A stretch of DNA of 64,000 nucleotides from an uncultured bacterium (GCA_963977015.1 CAXBMO010000005.1:64001-128000); one strand, 5' to 3'. Numbered from the stretch's first letter, positions 9,435-20,954 are shown. Numbers and translations: made by a program. The notes: generated by a model not told the origin, from the letters alone.

Positions 9435-10265
9435 TCAACGCCGAATCCGCCCTTCTCCTGCGTAGACGTTGAACCCTCGCTCGCGCAAAAAACCAATCAC
9501 GGTCTGACCGGAAGTTTCCGCGAATTCGACGGCGAGGCTGCTGGGAGCCGAGATGCCGGCGATGATGGGAATGCCTGCGGCAAGTGCCTTTTGCATGATC
9601 TCAAACGAGAGCCTGCCGCTCATCAAAACAATGGAGGATTTCAGGGGGAGTTGATTGGCGAGCAGAGCCTGACCAATCACTTTGTCGAGGGCATTGTGCC
9701 GGCCGACGTCCTCGCGGAGGATTTGGAGTTCACCTTCCACGTTAAAAATCGCGCTGGCATGGAGTCCGCCGGTCTGCTCAAAATTTTCCTGGGCTTGTCG
9801 CAGGATTGAGGGTAGCCGCAACAGCGTTTCCGGAGCAACGAGGAGGTCGCTGGTAACGGGGGCAAAATTGCAGAACACGGACTCGATCGTGGCTTTCCCA
9901 CAAATCCCACAACTCGAGGAACTGAAAACGTGACGCGTCAGGCTTTCCAATTTCGCAGCGTCAGGATTTCGCAGCAGCACATCGATCACGTTCCCCTCCC
10001 CCGCCTCGTCCACGGCGGGACAGGCGGAAATTTCGAAAAGGTCGTCGTTGGTGTGAATCATCCCTTCCGTCGCCAGAAATCCGGCGACGAGTTCGTTGTC
10101 ATGGCCTGGCGTACGCATGACGACGGCAACGCTTCTCCCTTCGACCCGAATTTCCAGGGGCTCTTCGACCGCCAACACATCAGGCTCGACCGCGTCAGTG
10201 ATTGCATCACTTTGCCGGCGTTGAAAGCGGCGTTTCTCGACTGAGAGGATTCCAGATGATTCCAT
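9435..10265 (-). CDS. fdhD: Formate dehydrogenase accessory sulfurtransferase
   Basis: AVEEPLEI, MRTPG, SSCGICG, TGGLHA, REDVGRHNALDK, SGRLSFE, SAPSSLAV. Confidence 0.95.
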   Translation of the reverse strand: MESSGILSVEKRRFQRRQSDAITDAVEPDVLAVEEPLEIRVEGRSVAVVMRTPGHDNELVAGFLATEGMIHTNDDLFEISACPAVDEAGEGNVIDVLLRNPDAAKLESLTRHVFSSSSCGICGKATIESVFCNFAPVTSDLLVAPETLLRLPSILRQAQENFEQTGGLHASAIFNVEGELQILREDVGRHNALDKVIGQALLANQLPLKSSIVLMSGRLSFEIMQKALAAGIPIIAGISAPSSLAVEFAETSGQTVIGFLRERGFNVYAGEGRIRR

Positions 10266-10279
10266 AGCGCAACGTAGCC

Positions 10280-12471
10280 TTACTTTTCGACAAAGTCGGA
10301 GATTCCGTTCCAGGTTGGTGGTGGAGGATTCTGCGCAGCATCCTCACACAGTCGCGACAGGCGGAGCGCCGAGGAATCGCCCACGTCTTTGAGCAACAAC
10401 GCGCTCAACCGATCCCTCGCGCCGGTGAAGTCGCGAGCGAGGTAGGCATCGAACGCGGCTTCGTAAAGCCGCGCGTGCTCCACGCGAACTTCCGGAACCT
10501 GGCCGCGTTTCCCGAGTAGTTCGTAGATCAACTCGGGCTCGGAACGTCCCAAAACGCGCACCTTATCGAGCTTTCGCCAAACAAACTGGTCGCCCGCTTC
10601 GGCAACGGAGTTGGCGGCGGCAATGATTCGGGTGCCGTAAAACTTGTTCGCGCCTTCGAGGCGACTTGCGAGATTCACGGCATCACCAAGCGCCGTGTAG
10701 CTGAGTCGATTGACGGCACCAACGTTTCCAACCATGACTTCCCCGGTGGATACCCCGAAGCGGGTGGGCAAACGGGGAAGTCCCTGGGATTCCCATTTCT
10801 CATTCAACCTTTGGAGTTCTTCGTGACAGCGAAGCGCCCCCTGGATCGCGTCTCGCGCATGGTGCTCGTTCATCTTGGGCGCCCCCCAAAACGCAACGAT
10901 GGCATCCCCAATGAGCTTGTCCACGGTACCGTTGTGCTCGGTGATGATTTGGATCATCGCGTCAAAGTAATCGGCCATGTGGGCCGTAAGTTGGTCGGGC
11001 GGCATCTTTTCCGAATCGTGGTGAACCCTTCGATGTCGGTGAACAGGATGCTCATGGAAGTGTGACGCCCGCCAATCACGGCGGCTTCCCCTTTTTCCAG
11101 CAATTCTCGAACGACGTCACTCGGAACGTATTTGGCAAAGGAATCAAGCGCGAGGCGCATGCGCTCCTGCGCGTCGTGCAACTGGGCAATCTCACGGATG
11201 TCCGTGCAGTGGTTGTCAGACTGCTCCGTATTCAACGTTCGCAATCGATCAGCCTGTTGGATCAGGGCCTGGATCGGGTAGCTATAGCGCCGCGCCAACC
11301 GGACCGAGGTAAATCCCGCAGTCACCAGCGCGATCGCAAAGAAACCCAAAGCGTATCTGCGCCCCTCTTTCAATTCGCCCAAAAAGTCGTCTTCGGGAAC
11401 CGCAACGCCGATCCAAAACTGAGGACCTTCCTCCACCACGCAGGGGCGGACGTAACTCCACCAGCCCTTGCCTTCAAAGATCCAACGGAAAGGCTGATTC
11501 TTCTCTCCCATACCTCTCTCGACACTCAATGCCTTCTCGGAATCCATCCCCAACTGCGTCTGAAGTTGCGCGGTCGTTTTCGCAAACAAGGGAATTCCCA
11601 GGTCTGCCGGCTTTCTGAGAAACGCCGCCCTTCGCCGTTCGGGATCCTCAAATTCGGGATGACGCGGCAAGCCGATCGTCCGCATGTCACTGGTCGTCAC
11701 CACGAGGAAACCATTGGGGCTGATCTCAAGCGTTTCGCTAAGCCGTGAAACGTCATCGAGCAGCAGATCGAGAGAAATGACCACCGTTCGCCCGGCATTG
11801 TCCTTTAGCCGGATCGAAGCGGTGATTCCGGGAGCTCCGGTCGAGAAAAAAGGGTAAGGCTCCGTCCAATGAGCAACCGGGTTGGCCGGATCCTCGTCCG
11901 GGTCGTCCACGACGATGCGATACCAAGGGCGGATTCGAGGATCATAGGCATCCTCACGAATTTCCTGTTCACGTGGCCCATCCACGGTTCCCCAGGTGGT
12001 CCAGAGCGAGGTTTTCCCAACCGTTTGCGGCGTCACAATCTGATTGTGAAAAACCTGATCCCGATAGGAATCCAGACCGCGCGCCAGCATGTACCCCGAA
12101 CCATCGGAATACCCGATCGACAGCCCCACCAGCTGGGGGATGGAATTGAGAATCGGCGCGAACAACTCATTCAGTCGATCCGGATCCTTATCATCAAGGA
12201 CGCCGCTTTCCGACCAATCGCGAAAAATATGGAGCACCGGCGGGATCGGAGCAAAGAAACGACGCAGTTCGGTTTCGACGCGATCCGTTCCGCTATCGAC
12301 AAGGTCTCGACACAATGTTCGGACCGCTTTGCGCGCCCCGAGGCTCGAAACGGTCAAAATCGCAAACGCCAGCGCCAGAATCAGCACAATCAGGTTGCGC
12401 AAGAGGCTCGTGCGAAACGTTACCGATCGGTGGCGACCTCTTTCGGGCGCCGAATGAAAGTCTGCGGTCAT
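10280..12471 (-). pseudogene. Membrane sensor (Cache-like/HAMP) class III adenylate/guanylate cyclase split by a 1-nt frameshift near 11014 (real or sequencing error)
   Basis: ORF 12471-10954: two TMs, YDPRIRPWY, WTEPY, FTDIEGFTT. ORF 11005-10280: DKLIGDAIVAFWGAP, YTALGDAVNLASRLE. One extra T restores FTTISEKMPP. Confidence 0.9.
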
Positions 12472-12632
12472 GCAGGCTGCAGAGTAGAAGGAGGAGGAGC
12501 AAGCTTCAAGGAAGCATCACTCGTTTGACGGTTTTCCGCTGAAAACCCCAACGCGGCGTTCGATTTGGACTTCACCGGATCGAAACCAGATGGTGATTGA
12601 CGAACGCGCGGAATCGTCGATTGCTCTTCGCT

Positions 12633-13562
12633 ATGAAAACGGTGAAAACTGGCGTTGTCGGCGTTGGCGCAATTGGCCACAACCATGCTCGCGTCTACGC
12701 AGAGCTCGAAAATGCGGATCTGGTGGCAATTTTCGATGCCGATGAAGGACGAGCCAAGGAATTTGCCGAAAAATACGGTGCGAAGGCGACAACCTCCCTC
12801 GAGGAATTTGCCAGCATGGTCGAGGCTGCATCGATCTCGACTCCGACGGTAACCCACCGCGCGATCGGTGAGCAATTGCTCGGGAACGGCGTCCATTGCC
12901 TTGTCGAGAAACCCATCGCGGACAATCCCGACGACGCCGCGGCCTTGGTCGAAGTGGCTCACAAGAACGATTGCCTGCTCCAGGTTGGGCACATTGAGCG
13001 ATTCAATCCGGTTCTCGAGAAGCTCGAGGAACGATTGACCGAACCCAAGTTCATGGAAGTGCATCGCCTGAGCCCCTTTCCCAATCGGAGCATGGATGTC
13101 GGCGTCGTGCTCGATGTCATGATCCACGATCTCGAAATCGTGCTTCATCTCGTTAAATCACCCATCGCTCACATTGACGCGGTTGGCGTTCCGGTTTTGA
13201 CCCACCGGGAAGACATCGCAAACGCGCGAATTCGCTTTGAAAACGGCTGCGTCGCCAACATCACCGCAAGCCGGATCAGCCCGGAAAAAATGCGCAAGAT
13301 CCGGGTCTTTCAGCACGATACCTACCTCTCGCTCGATTATCAGGAGCAGGACGGAAAGATGTTTCGCAAGATCGATGGTCAGATCGTTCCCGAACCGGTT
13401 CAAGTGGAGAAGGATGAGCCGCTGAAGTTGGAATTGGCCTCGTTCATCGATTGCGTGGCGAATGGCGAGCGGCCGAAAGTGAGCGGAGCCGAAGCCGCTG
13501 CGGCCCTTGAGGTGGCGATCGAAATCACGCGCCTGATTGCCGAAGGAAATCCCCTCGATTAG
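12633..13562 (+). CDS. Gfo/Idh/MocA oxidoreductase (GnnA-like)
   Basis: GVVGVGAIG, LVEKPIA, QVGHIERFNP, DVMIHD. Confidence 0.9.
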   Translation: MKTVKTGVVGVGAIGHNHARVYAELENADLVAIFDADEGRAKEFAEKYGAKATTSLEEFASMVEAASISTPTVTHRAIGEQLLGNGVHCLVEKPIADNPDDAAALVEVAHKNDCLLQVGHIERFNPVLEKLEERLTEPKFMEVHRLSPFPNRSMDVGVVLDVMIHDLEIVLHLVKSPIAHIDAVGVPVLTHREDIANARIRFENGCVANITASRISPEKMRKIRVFQHDTYLSLDYQEQDGKMFRKIDGQIVPEPVQVEKDEPLKLELASFIDCVANGERPKVSGAEAAAALEVAIEITRLIAEGNPLD

Positions 13563-13604
13563 CAGCGCTGGACAAGCTCTGGCATCCAGTTTAAAAATCA
13601 CCCC

Positions 13605-14510
13605 ATGAAAATCCCCTCATTTCTCACCGCAATCTGCCTCGCGGTTGCTGCGACTCTCTTTGTCTGGAAGCTCGATGCGCAAGACGAAGCGAAGAAGCTT
13701 TCCGTCCTGATCATCGACGGTCAGAACAATCACAAGTGGAAGGAAACGACACCAGTCCTGGTCGATGCTCTGGAAAGCTGCGGAAAGTTTTCCGTCGAGG
13801 TTTCCACCAGTCCGGGGAAGAATGCGGAAAGCAGCGCGTGGGATAGCTGGCGTCCGGAATTTGGCAAATACGACGCGGTCTTGACGAACTACAATGGTCA
13901 AATGTGGCCGACGGAAGTTCGCGGTTCCTTCATCGAATACGTGAAGGGCGGGGGCGCTCTCGTCGTGGTTCACGCGGCCAACAATTCATTTGGGATGTGG
14001 CCGGAATACAACGAGATGATCGGTCTGGGAGGCTGGGGCGGCCGAAACGAAAAGCACGGCCCTTATGTTTACGTGAAGGATGGCGAGGTCGTTCGCGATG
14101 AAACGCCAGGAAGAGGAGGAAACCACGGTCCTCAGCATGAATTTGTGATCGAAGTGGTGGATCCGGAACATCCGATTACCAAGGGAATGCCCGATCGTTG
14201 GCTTCACGCCAAGGACGAGCTTTACGACATGCTTCGCGGCCCCGCCAAGAACATGACGGTTTTGGCAACGGCAATGAGCCAGGTCACCAAGCGCCAGGAA
14301 CCCATGATGTTTACAATAGGATACGGCGAAGGCCGGGTTTTCCACACCCCCATGGGTCACGCGGATTACTCCATGCAGTGTGTCGGATTCTACAACACGA
14401 TTCAGCGCGGAACGGAGTGGGCCATTACCGGGGACGTGACCCTTCCACTCTCCGAAAATTTCCCCACAACGGAAGCTGTGTCCTCCGTTGGCGCGAAGGG
14501 CGCGGAGTAA
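13605..14510 (+). CDS. Secreted ThuA-domain protein
   Basis: Signal peptide; IIDGQNNHKW, VVVHAANNSF, HPITKG, DELY, GRVFHTPMGH. Confidence 0.88.
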   Translation: MKIPSFLTAICLAVAATLFVWKLDAQDEAKKLSVLIIDGQNNHKWKETTPVLVDALESCGKFSVEVSTSPGKNAESSAWDSWRPEFGKYDAVLTNYNGQMWPTEVRGSFIEYVKGGGALVVVHAANNSFGMWPEYNEMIGLGGWGGRNEKHGPYVYVKDGEVVRDETPGRGGNHGPQHEFVIEVVDPEHPITKGMPDRWLHAKDELYDMLRGPAKNMTVLATAMSQVTKRQEPMMFTIGYGEGRVFHTPMGHADYSMQCVGFYNTIQRGTEWAITGDVTLPLSENFPTTEAVSSVGAKGAE

Positions 14511-16097
14511 CTACTTTTTCGGAGTCGTCCAAAATTTGGGCGCAGTGGCAAACGCTTTCCATTTTTCGACAATCCCATCGCGGAGCAACGTTCGTTCCCG
14601 GGATTGCCAACCGCGAAACGCAATGGCCACCATGTGAGTCGGTGACGCTTCGTCTTGACCGGCGAGTTCCTCGAGATGCGCCGAGGCATTTGCAACGTCG
14701 TTGAGTTTGCCCAGGTGATCCTGGAGACGTCGTGCGGCTTTGCCGTAAGACTTTGCAGGTTTGCCGGGGAAGCAGGATTGAAAAAAGTCCACGGTGTAGC
14801 GCTGCTTCTTGATTGCCAGCCTGAGTTTGTGCCACTCTTCATCGGTCGCCAAATCCAAACTTCCCGCTTGTTCCATCACTCCCTGGTGGGCTTTTTCAAG
14901 GATGGTTGCGGCCATGGATCGAACAGGCCGATTCAACGCTTTGAGCTCTTTTTTCGACATCTCCCCTCGCCATCCCTGCTTCACGATCCACAAATTCAGC
15001 TCAATGATGGTCGCGCCATATTCGCGGGAAAGAATCGCGTTCCGCAATTTTCGATACGCATACCCCCGTTTGCGGTTGGCCACTTTCTGGAGATCGGAAA
15101 AGAGCTTCTCTTCCGGAAACTCGCTCAGCATCGGGCGAAGCCGTTCCTCAACGAAAACATCCCAGTCACGCGCCACGCCCAGTGGAACACCAATGACGTC
15201 CAATCGTTCTTTAAACGGAGCCGTAATCCGTTTGGGAATAGCGATCGAGAAAACGCTGAAGAGCGATTTGAGCCGTCTCAATCCAATGCGCATCTGATGG
15301 ACGGCATCGATATTGCGACCTTCCAGGATGGCGGCTTCATTCCCGCGAATCAGCTCGAGACAGTTGGTTAGAATGGCGAGGAACGCCTCTTCAACCGGGA
15401 TCTTGGCCCGGAATTTCAACGGTGTGATTTTCTGCGGTTCTGGCTCACGATGATTGAGTAGCCGATACCCCACATCCGCTTTTCGCGGACTGCCCAGCCG
15501 AACTGGAACCTGCTTCGCAAGCTGACTCGCTACCTCGTAAAGTGTCTCCGGACGTCCACGCTTGAGTTCCAGTTCGATCTGACAAAGTGCAGTCACTTTT
15601 CCTCCGGCACTGACCTCTCCTTCATCGACAACCATCTCCACCAGGTCTCCCTGAATCTCGAGATCGTGGAGGGTTCGTGAAATCTTTGTCTCAAACACCG
15701 GCTGCAGCTTTTTCTGGATCTTCGATTTGTGGACCGGCAGTTTGCCATGGCCGTTTTGCGCGGGAAGGAGGTCCAAATTCAATTCGGCATCGTCGACCTC
15801 GGCGTCATACTCCATTCGCTCATACACGCCCAACGCATCGCCCGGCTGTTCGGCGACCTTCATCGTCTGGATCCAACGATCGCCCTCCCTGCGGATTCGC
15901 AGTTCCACGTCCTCTTCGTTCAAGGCGCAATCCGGCGTATCAAAATAGCGCGATGCCAATTCGCAATGCTCGGGCTCATACCGGAGATGCTCAGCAACAT
16001 AAGACAATCCCAGAATCTTGGCGATATCCTCGCTGCGGCAGGTCAATTTCAATTCCGTTTCCTTGCTTCCTTCTGCCTGATTTTTCTTTTGTGTCAC
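14511..16097 (-). CDS. CYTH + CHAD domain protein (inorganic triphosphatase YgiF-like)
   Basis: ETELKL, YFDTPD, LRIRREG, IELELKRG (CYTH); VHQMRIGLRRL, RDWDVF, HKLRLAIKKQRY, LQDHLGKLND (CHAD). Confidence 0.9.
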   Translation of the reverse strand: MTQKKNQAEGSKETELKLTCRSEDIAKILGLSYVAEHLRYEPEHCELASRYFDTPDCALNEEDVELRIRREGDRWIQTMKVAEQPGDALGVYERMEYDAEVDDAELNLDLLPAQNGHGKLPVHKSKIQKKLQPVFETKISRTLHDLEIQGDLVEMVVDEGEVSAGGKVTALCQIELELKRGRPETLYEVASQLAKQVPVRLGSPRKADVGYRLLNHREPEPQKITPLKFRAKIPVEEAFLAILTNCLELIRGNEAAILEGRNIDAVHQMRIGLRRLKSLFSVFSIAIPKRITAPFKERLDVIGVPLGVARDWDVFVEERLRPMLSEFPEEKLFSDLQKVANRKRGYAYRKLRNAILSREYGATIIELNLWIVKQGWRGEMSKKELKALNRPVRSMAATILEKAHQGVMEQAGSLDLATDEEWHKLRLAIKKQRYTVDFFQSCFPGKPAKSYGKAARRLQDHLGKLNDVANASAHLEELAGQDEASPTHMVAIAFRGWQSRERTLLRDGIVEKWKAFATAPKFWTTPKK

Positions 16098-16186
16098 AAT
16101 CCTTGCTTAAACTAAGTTTCCCAGATTATACATTTCAATCCTTGGAGAAAGGATTGCTTTGTGACAAAACCCCACCCGCGCTTTCC

Positions 16187-19129
16187 ATGCATTTTCAGCG
16201 ACTCATTCTGATCGCCTTCTCACTACCCTCTCTGCTGATTGCGGATACCTACACACCTCGGAACACTCAGGCGGAGGGTGAGCATCCACCGACACCCACA
16301 GAGGCTCTCGCTTCCATCACGGTTCCCGACGGATTCGAGGTCACTCTATTTGCAGGCGAACCCGATGTCCATCAGCCCGTCGCGATGGTGACCGATCATC
16401 GGGGGCGCATCTGGGTGGCTGAAAGCTATTCCTACAATGAATGGAAGAAGACCGCCGAAGATCGCATTGTCATTCTCGAAGATACCGACAACGACGGAAT
16501 TCATGACACGCGGAAAGTGTTCTGGACCGGCGGAAACCACGTCAGTGGCATGAATGTGGGTTGGGGCGGCGTTTGGATCTGTAGCGCTCCAAACCTGCTT
16601 TTCATTCCGGATCGAGATGGAGACGATATTCCCGATGGAGATCCCGAAGTCGTGCTCGACGGCTGGACGACCGAGGCCCTACACAACTTCTTCAACGGGC
16701 TGACCTGGGGAATCGATGGTTGGCTCTACGGGCGGCACGGCATCACCCGGCCTTCGCTGGTCGGAAAACCCGGCGCTCCGGATTCAGAGCGGCAGGCGTT
16801 CGATTGCTCAATCTGGCGCTTTCATCCCGTCACCAGGGAGTTTGAAATCGTTTGCCGGGGCACAACCAACCCCTGGGGCATGGACTGGGATGCCAATGGC
16901 GAGCTGTTTTTCACGAACAACGTGAACGGTCACCTGTGGCACGCGGTCCCGGGCGCGCTGTTTCCCAGAATGGGCAACCGTCCGGACGCCAATGTGAAGT
17001 TCGACTACGAGCGAATGCCAATGACCGCAGATCATCTTCATCATGCGGGGACGATCGCGGATTGGACGAAGACCCGGGACGGAGTCGGAGTCCACGGCGA
17101 CCTTGGCGGTGGCCACTCCCATTGCGGTGGAATGATCTATCTCGGAAACAATTGGCCCGATGAATACCGGGGACGCATTTTCATGTGCAACACCCACGGT
17201 CGCCGAATGAACCAGAATATTCTGGAACGCCACGGCTCTGCTTACGTCGGCAAACGGGCTCCCGATCTCTTTTTTGCCAACCAACCCTGGTTTCGCGGGG
17301 TTTCGGTTCTCTACGGACCTGATGGGGGCGTTTTCATCAGTGACTGGACCGATCTGGGTGAGTGCCACGACCGCGATGGGGTTCATCGCAGCAGCGGGCG
17401 CATTTTCAAAATGACCTACGGGAAGCCCGCCCTTTCCCGAGAATCGCTGGCGATGCTCCAAGGTTCGGACGAGATGCTGGTCCAACTGCATTTGCACGAG
17501 AACGAGTGGTTCCCGCGTAAGGCGCGTCGACTGCTTCAAGAGCGGAAATTCCTCGACGGCAAGAATGTCGCTGAAGCGATCGATGCGCTTCGAAAACTCG
17601 CCAACTCCAACCAGCGTTCGCAGATTCGAATTCGGGCATTGCTGACTTTGCATGCACTGGATGCGGTTCCCGATGCCACGATTCGCGCCCTGCTCAAGGA
17701 AGACGACGAGCACCTGAGAAAGTGGGCGGTTCGACTCGTTGTCGATCACGGAGCCCCCCGACCGGAACTGCGAAAGCTGCTCCTTCAGTCCGCGAAAACC
17801 GAGAAATCGAGCCTGGTTCGGCTCTATTTGGCCTCGTCCTTGCAACGGCTGCCTGAAGAGGAACGCTGGGAGCTGGCCCAAGCTCTCGCGGCACACTCGG
17901 AGGATGCGGATGATCGCTACCTCCCGTTGATGGTCTGGTTTGGCGTCAAAGACGCCCTTGCCGCCTCACCATCCGATCATTTGGCCTGGCTGGATTCGTG
18001 CAGCATCCCAAAGCTTCACCAATTCACCGCGCAACTGGCCTGCGAAACCCAGCCTTCCAAACTGATGCTCGCGGCCCTGCTCGATCGAATCCTGAACGAC
18101 GAGCAACACGCGACCGCGCTGGCTCGGGGTATGGTCGCCGGCCTTGATGGCCAACGGAACCTGCCGGCCTTGGAGAGTTGGCCCGCAGTTCGGGATCGCC
18201 TCGCCAGCTCGCCGTCGCCAGGACTGGCGATCGAGCTCGGTTTGACGCTCGCCCCGGTCGAGACCAATCGAGAGCTGATAAAACGCGTGCAAAGCGGCGA
18301 CGCGAAAGCCCTGAAGCGCCTGTTCACGGCGCGAGCGCCGGGAGTTGGCGAGCTTCTGTCGAATTCGCTCGATTCGCCAAAGCTCCGCCAAACGGCATTG
18401 CAGGGGCTGGCTCAGGTCCCCAACGCGAATGCTCCAGATAAAATCATCAAACTTTGGCCGATCCTGGATTCCGCGGAAAAATCCGCGGCCGTAGCCACAT
18501 TGGTCGCCACCAAACGCAGCGCCGCCGAGTTGCTCGACGCCATGGAGGCGGGACGGATCCCGAGATCCGCCCTGACCGCGTTTCAAGCCCGGCAGATCCA
18601 AGCGTTGAAGGACGCGGAATTGACGAAACGCGTCACCCGGATATGGGGGAGACTCAATGCCTCCAACGCCGCCAAAAAAGCGGAGATCAAACGCTATCAG
18701 AATCAACTGACCAGCGACGTCCTCGCTCAGGCCGACCTTGCCCATGGAAAAGAACTCTACAGCCTCCGCTGTGCGGTCTGTCACTCGTTGTTCGGCGAAG
18801 GCGGAACCATCGGCCCCAACCTCACCGGCGCAAATCGCAGTGACGTTTACTACCTGTTGGAGAACATCATCGATCCCAGCGCGTCCCTTCCCCTCGACTA
18901 CCATGTCACCGTCATCAGCATGAAGGACGGACAGGTATTGACGGGAAATCTGACGAAATCGACGGACTACACCGTTACGCTCACATCACCGGCAGGCGAA
19001 GTCGTCATCAACCGCGATGACATTGAGAAACAGTCCACTTCGCAGATTTCCCTGATGCCCGATGGCCTTCTTATCGGATTGGAGGTGAAGGATGTTCGTG
19101 ATCTTCTCGGTTATTTGATGAAGGAATGA
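16187..19129 (+). CDS. PVC-type heme-binding CxxCH protein (membrane-bound dehydrogenase-like)
   Basis: Signal peptide from ATG 16187; VPDGFEVTLFAGEP, WGIDGWLY, NPWGMDW, GPDGGVFISDW; C-terminal CAVCH, IGPNLTG, SLMPDGL. Confidence 0.9.
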   Translation: MHFQRLILIAFSLPSLLIADTYTPRNTQAEGEHPPTPTEALASITVPDGFEVTLFAGEPDVHQPVAMVTDHRGRIWVAESYSYNEWKKTAEDRIVILEDTDNDGIHDTRKVFWTGGNHVSGMNVGWGGVWICSAPNLLFIPDRDGDDIPDGDPEVVLDGWTTEALHNFFNGLTWGIDGWLYGRHGITRPSLVGKPGAPDSERQAFDCSIWRFHPVTREFEIVCRGTTNPWGMDWDANGELFFTNNVNGHLWHAVPGALFPRMGNRPDANVKFDYERMPMTADHLHHAGTIADWTKTRDGVGVHGDLGGGHSHCGGMIYLGNNWPDEYRGRIFMCNTHGRRMNQNILERHGSAYVGKRAPDLFFANQPWFRGVSVLYGPDGGVFISDWTDLGECHDRDGVHRSSGRIFKMTYGKPALSRESLAMLQGSDEMLVQLHLHENEWFPRKARRLLQERKFLDGKNVAEAIDALRKLANSNQRSQIRIRALLTLHALDAVPDATIRALLKEDDEHLRKWAVRLVVDHGAPRPELRKLLLQSAKTEKSSLVRLYLASSLQRLPEEERWELAQALAAHSEDADDRYLPLMVWFGVKDALAASPSDHLAWLDSCSIPKLHQFTAQLACETQPSKLMLAALLDRILNDEQHATALARGMVAGLDGQRNLPALESWPAVRDRLASSPSPGLAIELGLTLAPVETNRELIKRVQSGDAKALKRLFTARAPGVGELLSNSLDSPKLRQTALQGLAQVPNANAPDKIIKLWPILDSAEKSAAVATLVATKRSAAELLDAMEAGRIPRSALTAFQARQIQALKDAELTKRVTRIWGRLNASNAAKKAEIKRYQNQLTSDVLAQADLAHGKELYSLRCAVCHSLFGEGGTIGPNLTGANRSDVYYLLENIIDPSASLPLDYHVTVISMKDGQVLTGNLTKSTDYTVTLTSPAGEVVINRDDIEKQSTSQISLMPDGLLIGLEVKDVRDLLGYLMKE

Positions 19130-19216
19130 ACGGGAATACCCCTGGAATTTGCTGACACAGGAAGCCCAGCAAATTCCCTTGCGAAAGTCCATATCCAGCG
19201 TCCCTTTAGCGGGCTC

Positions 19217-20818
19217 ATGGACACGTATAAAATTCTTGTCGCGGACCCGATCTCGGAGAAGGGAATCGAAGATCTGAAAGCAGATCCACAGCTCGAAGTG
19301 GACGTCAAAATTGGCCTCAGCGAGGACGAATTGGTCGAGATCGCGGGCGAATACTCCGGAATCGTGGTGCGAAGCCAGACCAAGATCACGCCGCGGGTCT
19401 TTGAATCGGCGAAAAAACTGAAAGCTGTGGGACGCGCCGGGGTTGGGGTCGACAATATCGATATTCCGACCGCTTCGCAGAACGGGGTCATTGTGATGAA
19501 CACCCCGGGCGGGAACACGATTTCGACCGCGGAACACGCTTTTGCCCTGATGATGAGCCTTGCCCGCCACATTCCGCACGGCCACGCCGGAGTCGTCGCC
19601 GGCAAGTTCAAGGAGTCGCGCAAGAAGTATCAGGGAGTCGAGTTGAACGGAAAAACGCTCGCCATTCTCGGCATGGGCCGAATCGGTGGCGAATTCGCGA
19701 TGCGAGCCCGCGCCTTCAACATGCACGTCGTAGCCTACGACCCATATCTCGCCGGCAGCAAAGCGGAGTCCATGGGGGTGGAACTGTGCGACTCGATCGA
19801 AGACGCCATCAAAAAGGCGGACTTCATCACACTCCACATGCCGAAAACCGACGAAACGAAGCACATGATCAATGCGAAGCGACTGGCCATGATGAAGCCA
19901 GGCGTTCGCATCATCAACTGCGCACGCGGTGGATTGATCGACGAGAAAGCGCTCTTGGACGCGCTGGAAAACGGCAACGTCGCGGGTTGCGCGCTCGATG
20001 TGTTTGAGGTGGAGCCTCCCGAGCCGGATTATGCGTTGCTCAAGCGTGAGGACGTTGTTTTGACGCCACATTTGGGTGCCTCAACCGCTGAAGCCCAGGA
20101 AAATGTCGGAATTGAGATCGCCAAACAGGTGCGTGATGCAGTTGTTGATGGAACCATCGTGAACTCGGTGAACATGCCAAACATCGACGATCGCACGATC
20201 GCGGAAGTCGGCGGATACCTTGAGCTTGCCGAAGCTCTCGGCGTGATCATCGCGCGGACAGCCCCCAAGCAGGCTGAAGTGCTGAAAATTCACTACAGTG
20301 GCAAAGTCGCGGATCTCGATACCCGACTGATTACCCGTTACGTGATGAAAGGATTCCTTCGCGTTGGCTCGGAAGGGCTCGGCGTGAATCACATCAATGC
20401 ACCGACGTTTGCCGAAAGCCGCGGCATCCAGGTCATCGAATCGAAACTGCCCCGGCCAATCGACTATACCGATTTGATTGAGGTGTATGCCGAGAAGGAA
20501 GACCAAAGTGTCTGCTCTGCGGGAACGCTCTTCGGAAAAGAGCCTAGGATCGTTCGGTTGCATGAGCGAAAAGTGAATGTCGTTCCCCGCGGCCATCTGC
20601 TGTTGCTCGAAAACAGTGATTACCCGGGAATCGTCGGGGGTGTTGGAACGGTTTTGGCGAAAAACAACGTCAACATCGCCAACATGTCGCTGGGCCGAAA
20701 CGAAGCAGGCGGAACTGCTCTCATGGTGCTCAATCTCGATTCGGCCCCGGACTCTTCGCTTCGCTCAGAGTTGATGGAACTGGAAGGCATCCTCGATGCC
20801 CGGCTCATTTCGCTTTGA
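19217..20818 (+). CDS. serA: D-3-phosphoglycerate dehydrogenase with ACT domain
   Basis: GRAGVGVDNID, NTISTAEH, INCARGG, LTPHLGASTAEAQ; ACT NSDYPG..NIANM. Confidence 0.96.
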   Translation: MDTYKILVADPISEKGIEDLKADPQLEVDVKIGLSEDELVEIAGEYSGIVVRSQTKITPRVFESAKKLKAVGRAGVGVDNIDIPTASQNGVIVMNTPGGNTISTAEHAFALMMSLARHIPHGHAGVVAGKFKESRKKYQGVELNGKTLAILGMGRIGGEFAMRARAFNMHVVAYDPYLAGSKAESMGVELCDSIEDAIKKADFITLHMPKTDETKHMINAKRLAMMKPGVRIINCARGGLIDEKALLDALENGNVAGCALDVFEVEPPEPDYALLKREDVVLTPHLGASTAEAQENVGIEIAKQVRDAVVDGTIVNSVNMPNIDDRTIAEVGGYLELAEALGVIIARTAPKQAEVLKIHYSGKVADLDTRLITRYVMKGFLRVGSEGLGVNHINAPTFAESRGIQVIESKLPRPIDYTDLIEVYAEKEDQSVCSAGTLFGKEPRIVRLHERKVNVVPRGHLLLLENSDYPGIVGGVGTVLAKNNVNIANMSLGRNEAGGTALMVLNLDSAPDSSLRSELMELEGILDARLISL

Positions 20819-20954
20819 GAACGGCCGGTCAATCCCCGGTTGAAACGACATCCTATTTCCAAACTTAAGAAGAAAGAGGTTCAACTTTCTACCAAAGATG
20901 TTGTAAAGTTGGCGGAAAATCCCACCTCAGCTCGGGGTTGGCTTTCCTCTCCAG

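Noticed and set aside
14511-16097. CYTH domain as a class IV adenylate cyclase linked to the nearby class III cyclase
   Set aside because: CYTH+CHAD is the usual triphosphatase/polyphosphate-binding architecture, and unrelated genes separate the two
15677-16186. 170-aa N-terminal extension of the CxxCH ORF
   Set aside because: Overlaps the CYTH-CHAD gene; the signal peptide begins at ATG 16187
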